IMG/VR virus record: IMGVR_UViG_3300042997_000592
Span: 1-28,545 of that record
Strand: one strand, 5' to 3'
DNA length: 28,545 bases
DNA from: a virus
Taxonomy: Duplodnaviria > Caudoviricetes
The notes beneath the pieces were generated by a model. That model did not search any database and was not told where the DNA came from. It saw nothing but the letters and a program-made list of their open reading frames with translations. Positions 26,359 to 28,545 of the stretch are shown here, piece by piece. A program made the translations under genes and the position numbers. Within the stretch, counting starts at the first letter, position 1; each line of letters begins with the position of its first letter.

Positions 26359-27749
26359 TAATTATCTGCCTTGGGTCGTAATGCCTGTGATAAACTTTGT
26401 TTTTCTGACTTAACAACAGCATTGCCACTAATATCATAGGTTGTGTAGGTATTGGTATTGTTGACAAAAGTGCCGCCCTGTGTCTGATAGTTGTTCATGC
26501 CGCGTGTTAGACCAGTGCGTTGAACATCTTCAATCTTGACCCAACGTGTGCCACTCCAACGGAATAATCGGTTGGGTACATAGTCAGTACGTAGACAAAA
26601 ATCTCCAGTCTGCGGCATTGTGGGGAACAATATGCCAGCCACTACAGGGAATCCGTCGGGAGCCAGACCGTCGCCAGTCAAGTATCCAGCCACAGTCTCA
26701 CTTGGTGATACTAGTGTTTCGTCGGCAGTGGCAGTGACGTCACTACCATCTACCGTGACATTGTCCGCAGTTCGATCTGCATTGTCAATGATCTGTCCTT
26801 CAGTGTTGAGTGCTTTGACGTAAATGTGGCTAACGTCATAACCACTAATGGGAACATCAGTTTCTGCTTGTTTAATAATAGCATCGTTGATGTCTAGTAG
26901 TGTATTGCCAGTGCTGATTAAATTACTCAGTGGTGTATCTGGGGTGCCATCACCATTGGTATCCACTAACTGATTTAATATATCCTTGTATTCCTGACTG
27001 TCCACCATGGGTGTCAGTTTGCATCGCCACAGATGCGGCCACCAGGTGGGGCTGAATCCTTCTGAAGCGTAACTGGTATCGCTCACCACGAAAAACCGTT
27101 TTAGTGCTATGGGCACGTTGTTCAGTGGATCATAATCGTTTAAGTGTTCCAACTCCAGTACATCACCGTTCATGATCTTTCGACCTATCATGTCAATCAT
27201 ATCATTGTAGTGGAATGTCATAAACAGGGTACCAGTAGCTAAAAATAATCCAAACTGACTCAGGTCAAAATCTTGGTCAGCCACCTGGTAGTGTCCACGC
27301 ATACGATAAATGTCGGGATCATATCTACGATCACGGTTCTCACCAAATAGCAGATCCTGTATGTTAGTATTGGTCACTGCAGGTTGTGCTGGCTTGGTGG
27401 CATCAGGACTGAAACCAATGTTGGTTCCTGATGCTATGATGCTAGAGGTGTTATTGCTAATGGTTATAGTGGTGGCAGTTTTACTGGTCACCGTAGTGCT
27501 TTTGGGTATGCCAGATCCATATACATGATCGCCCAGATTAATATTGGCGGTGGTGGAGAAGGTAAGTGTATTGTTGGCGCTGGGTTGAGTGGCTGTGGTT
27601 ATCAGGATCAAACCCTGTTCGCCAGTGCCCAGATACTTGTGTAATAAGATTCCAGTAGCACCAATAGTGAACATTTCACTGATGCGACGATCCATGAACT
27701 TGTAATCGTTGCTATGACGGCCGTTCTGCCATAATGATAATCTTGCCAC
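26358..27749 (-). CDS. T4 gp14-like neck (head completion) protein, 463 aa
   Basis: Start reassigned to GTG at 27749 (SD AGGA 7 nt upstream, late promoter further upstream; MARLSLWQNG...). Motifs DLLFGENRDRRYD, DLSQFGLFL and GRKIMNGDVLEL are gp14-like, and it sits upstream of gp15. Confidence 0.6.
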   Translation of the reverse strand: MARLSLWQNGRHSNDYKFMDRRISEMFTIGATGILLHKYLGTGEQGLILITTATQPSANNTLTFSTTANINLGDHVYGSGIPKSTTVTSKTATTITISNNTSSIIASGTNIGFSPDATKPAQPAVTNTNIQDLLFGENRDRRYDPDIYRMRGHYQVADQDFDLSQFGLFLATGTLFMTFHYNDMIDMIGRKIMNGDVLELEHLNDYDPLNNVPIALKRFFVVSDTSYASEGFSPTWWPHLWRCKLTPMVDSQEYKDILNQLVDTNGDGTPDTPLSNLISTGNTLLDINDAIIKQAETDVPISGYDVSHIYVKALNTEGQIIDNADRTADNVTVDGSDVTATADETLVSPSETVAGYLTGDGLAPDGFPVVAGILFPTMPQTGDFCLRTDYVPNRLFRWSGTRWVKIEDVQRTGLTRGMNNYQTQGGTFVNNTNTYTTYDISGNAVVKSEKQSLSQALRPKADN

Positions 27750-27771
27750 TGTGGAATCCTTAAATATACAG

Positions 27772-27779
27772 TATTTATT
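27772..27779 (-). promoter_or_regulatory. Late promoter AATAAATA for the neck operon
   Basis: + strand tatttatt reads AATAAATA on the - strand, 22 nt upstream of GTG 27749. Confidence 0.65.
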
Positions 27780-27784
27780 GCCGT

Positions 27785-27813
27785 TTGACAGTAAAATATC
27801 ATAAATGTATAAT
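27785..27813 (+). promoter_or_regulatory. Consensus sigma70 (early) promoter
   Basis: TTGACA (27785-27790), 17-nt spacer, TATAAT (27808-27813). Confidence 0.9.
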
Positions 27814-27818
27814 GAAAT

Positions 27819-28115
27819 ATGGATAATACCCAGCAACAGATCGCGTATCAAAAACTTAATGACTTGCGTGTCAGTATACGCCGGGAGTTTGCCCATCGCT
27901 CCTGGACTAACCCCACAGAATTTCAAACCTGGTCAGATCTAAATGTCATGCTGAATAACTGTGATCGTTTGTATGACGATCTGGACCGAACCAGCGTGGA
28001 ATGTCGTAGAATTGGGCGTCCAACTATCGCATTTAAAGAAGCATATCAGAGACTGGACGAATCAATGACCCTACTGGAGCAGTTTGTTATGACTGCTATA
28101 CTAATGCGCGGTTGA
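27819..28115 (+). CDS. Hypothetical early protein (98 aa, predicted helical), probably leaderless
   Basis: ATG lies 5 nt after the TATAAT; no SD; normal amino-acid composition; fills the space between two promoters exactly. Confidence 0.7.
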   Translation: MDNTQQQIAYQKLNDLRVSIRREFAHRSWTNPTEFQTWSDLNVMLNNCDRLYDDLDRTSVECRRIGRPTIAFKEAYQRLDESMTLLEQFVMTAILMRG

Positions 28116-28140
28116 CAGGTAAATCCCATTAATGTATAAT
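28112..28140 (+). promoter_or_regulatory. Consensus sigma70 (early) promoter
   Basis: TTGACA (28112-28117, containing the upstream TGA stop), 17-nt spacer, TATAAT (28135-28140). Confidence 0.9.
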
Positions 28141-28172
28141 ATAATACCATTTACTCATCAGTAAGGAATATC

Positions 28173-28545
28173 ATGGCTATCAAAGTTGACGGTAAAGTCG
28201 TTAAAGCAAAAATCAAAGCACCCAGAAGCACTCATGCTGCCGACGAAAAATACACTGGAACAGAACCAGTGTGGGATACCGAACGAGCCCTGAAAATGGA
28301 TGATGACATGTTTGACAATTTCATGCGCAAGAGCATGAACTATTACAACTACCATTATGCCACAAAAGACTTAAAAAAGTATGTAGTGGAATGGGTTCAG
28401 ACCGCTGATTTACTGACTAAAGCAGAACTCAGTGCGTTTATACGCAGTCCCGATCGTACATTAACCATGACAGCTTGCTCGTTGATCATGGCACATCGTC
28501 AAGGTATGCCGCTGAAAGAACGTCATGTGACTTACCTGCGTAAAG
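28173..28545 (+). CDS. Hypothetical early protein, 3'-truncated (absent from the ORF track)
   Basis: SD TAAGGA (28162-28167) and ATG 28173; open to the window end: MAIKVDGKVVKAKIKAPRSTHAADEKYTGTEPVWDTERALKMDDDMFDNFMRKSMNYYNYHY... Confidence 0.8.
   Translation, partial: MAIKVDGKVVKAKIKAPRSTHAADEKYTGTEPVWDTERALKMDDDMFDNFMRKSMNYYNYHYATKDLKKYVVEWVQTADLLTKAELSAFIRSPDRTLTMTACSLIMAHRQGMPLKERHVTYLRK

Noticed and set aside
27750-27926. 59-aa N-terminal extension of the neck protein given by the ORF track
   Set aside because: It would run across both divergent promoters and the opposite-strand gene; GTG 27749 has an SD and a late promoter.
28158-28355. 65-aa minus-strand ORF
   Set aside because: Antisense to the well-signalled + strand gene starting at 28173.
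1-28545. Stop-codon reassignment (no called gene ends in TAG)
   Set aside because: Genes tile the window under the standard code with no TAG- or TGA-interrupted frames, so there is no positive evidence of recoding.

Overview
This is a late (virion-structure) region of a large T4-like/jumbo tailed phage, not a cellular chromosome. The + strand from 1 to 24553 is a tightly packed block. It holds six long Ser/Thr/Asn/Gly-rich fibre or baseplate-appendage genes (one of 1957 aa), built from shared repeat modules; two end in a peptidase-G2-like intramolecular chaperone. These are followed by five paralogous polyglycine adhesin-like genes with a small Trp/Pro-rich assembly-type gene among them, and then a Maf/GT42-like glycosyltransferase-fold gene. 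A convergent - strand operon (27749 to 24548) encodes a gp14-like neck protein, a gp15-like tail terminator and a Nudix hydrolase. T4-type late promoter cores (TAAATA/TATAAATA) precede the structural units. Two perfect sigma70 promoters at the right end open an early module whose first gene looks leaderless. The best candidate for an undescribed system is a modular multi-adhesin fibre apparatus (hub fibre, five interchangeable Gly-rich tips, one shared chaperone, signs of recombination between paralogs), possibly with phage-encoded glycosylation of the fibres. Family assignments come from motif recognition by eye; no database searches were run. No tRNA, rRNA, CRISPR array, integrase, transposase or reverse transcriptase was seen.
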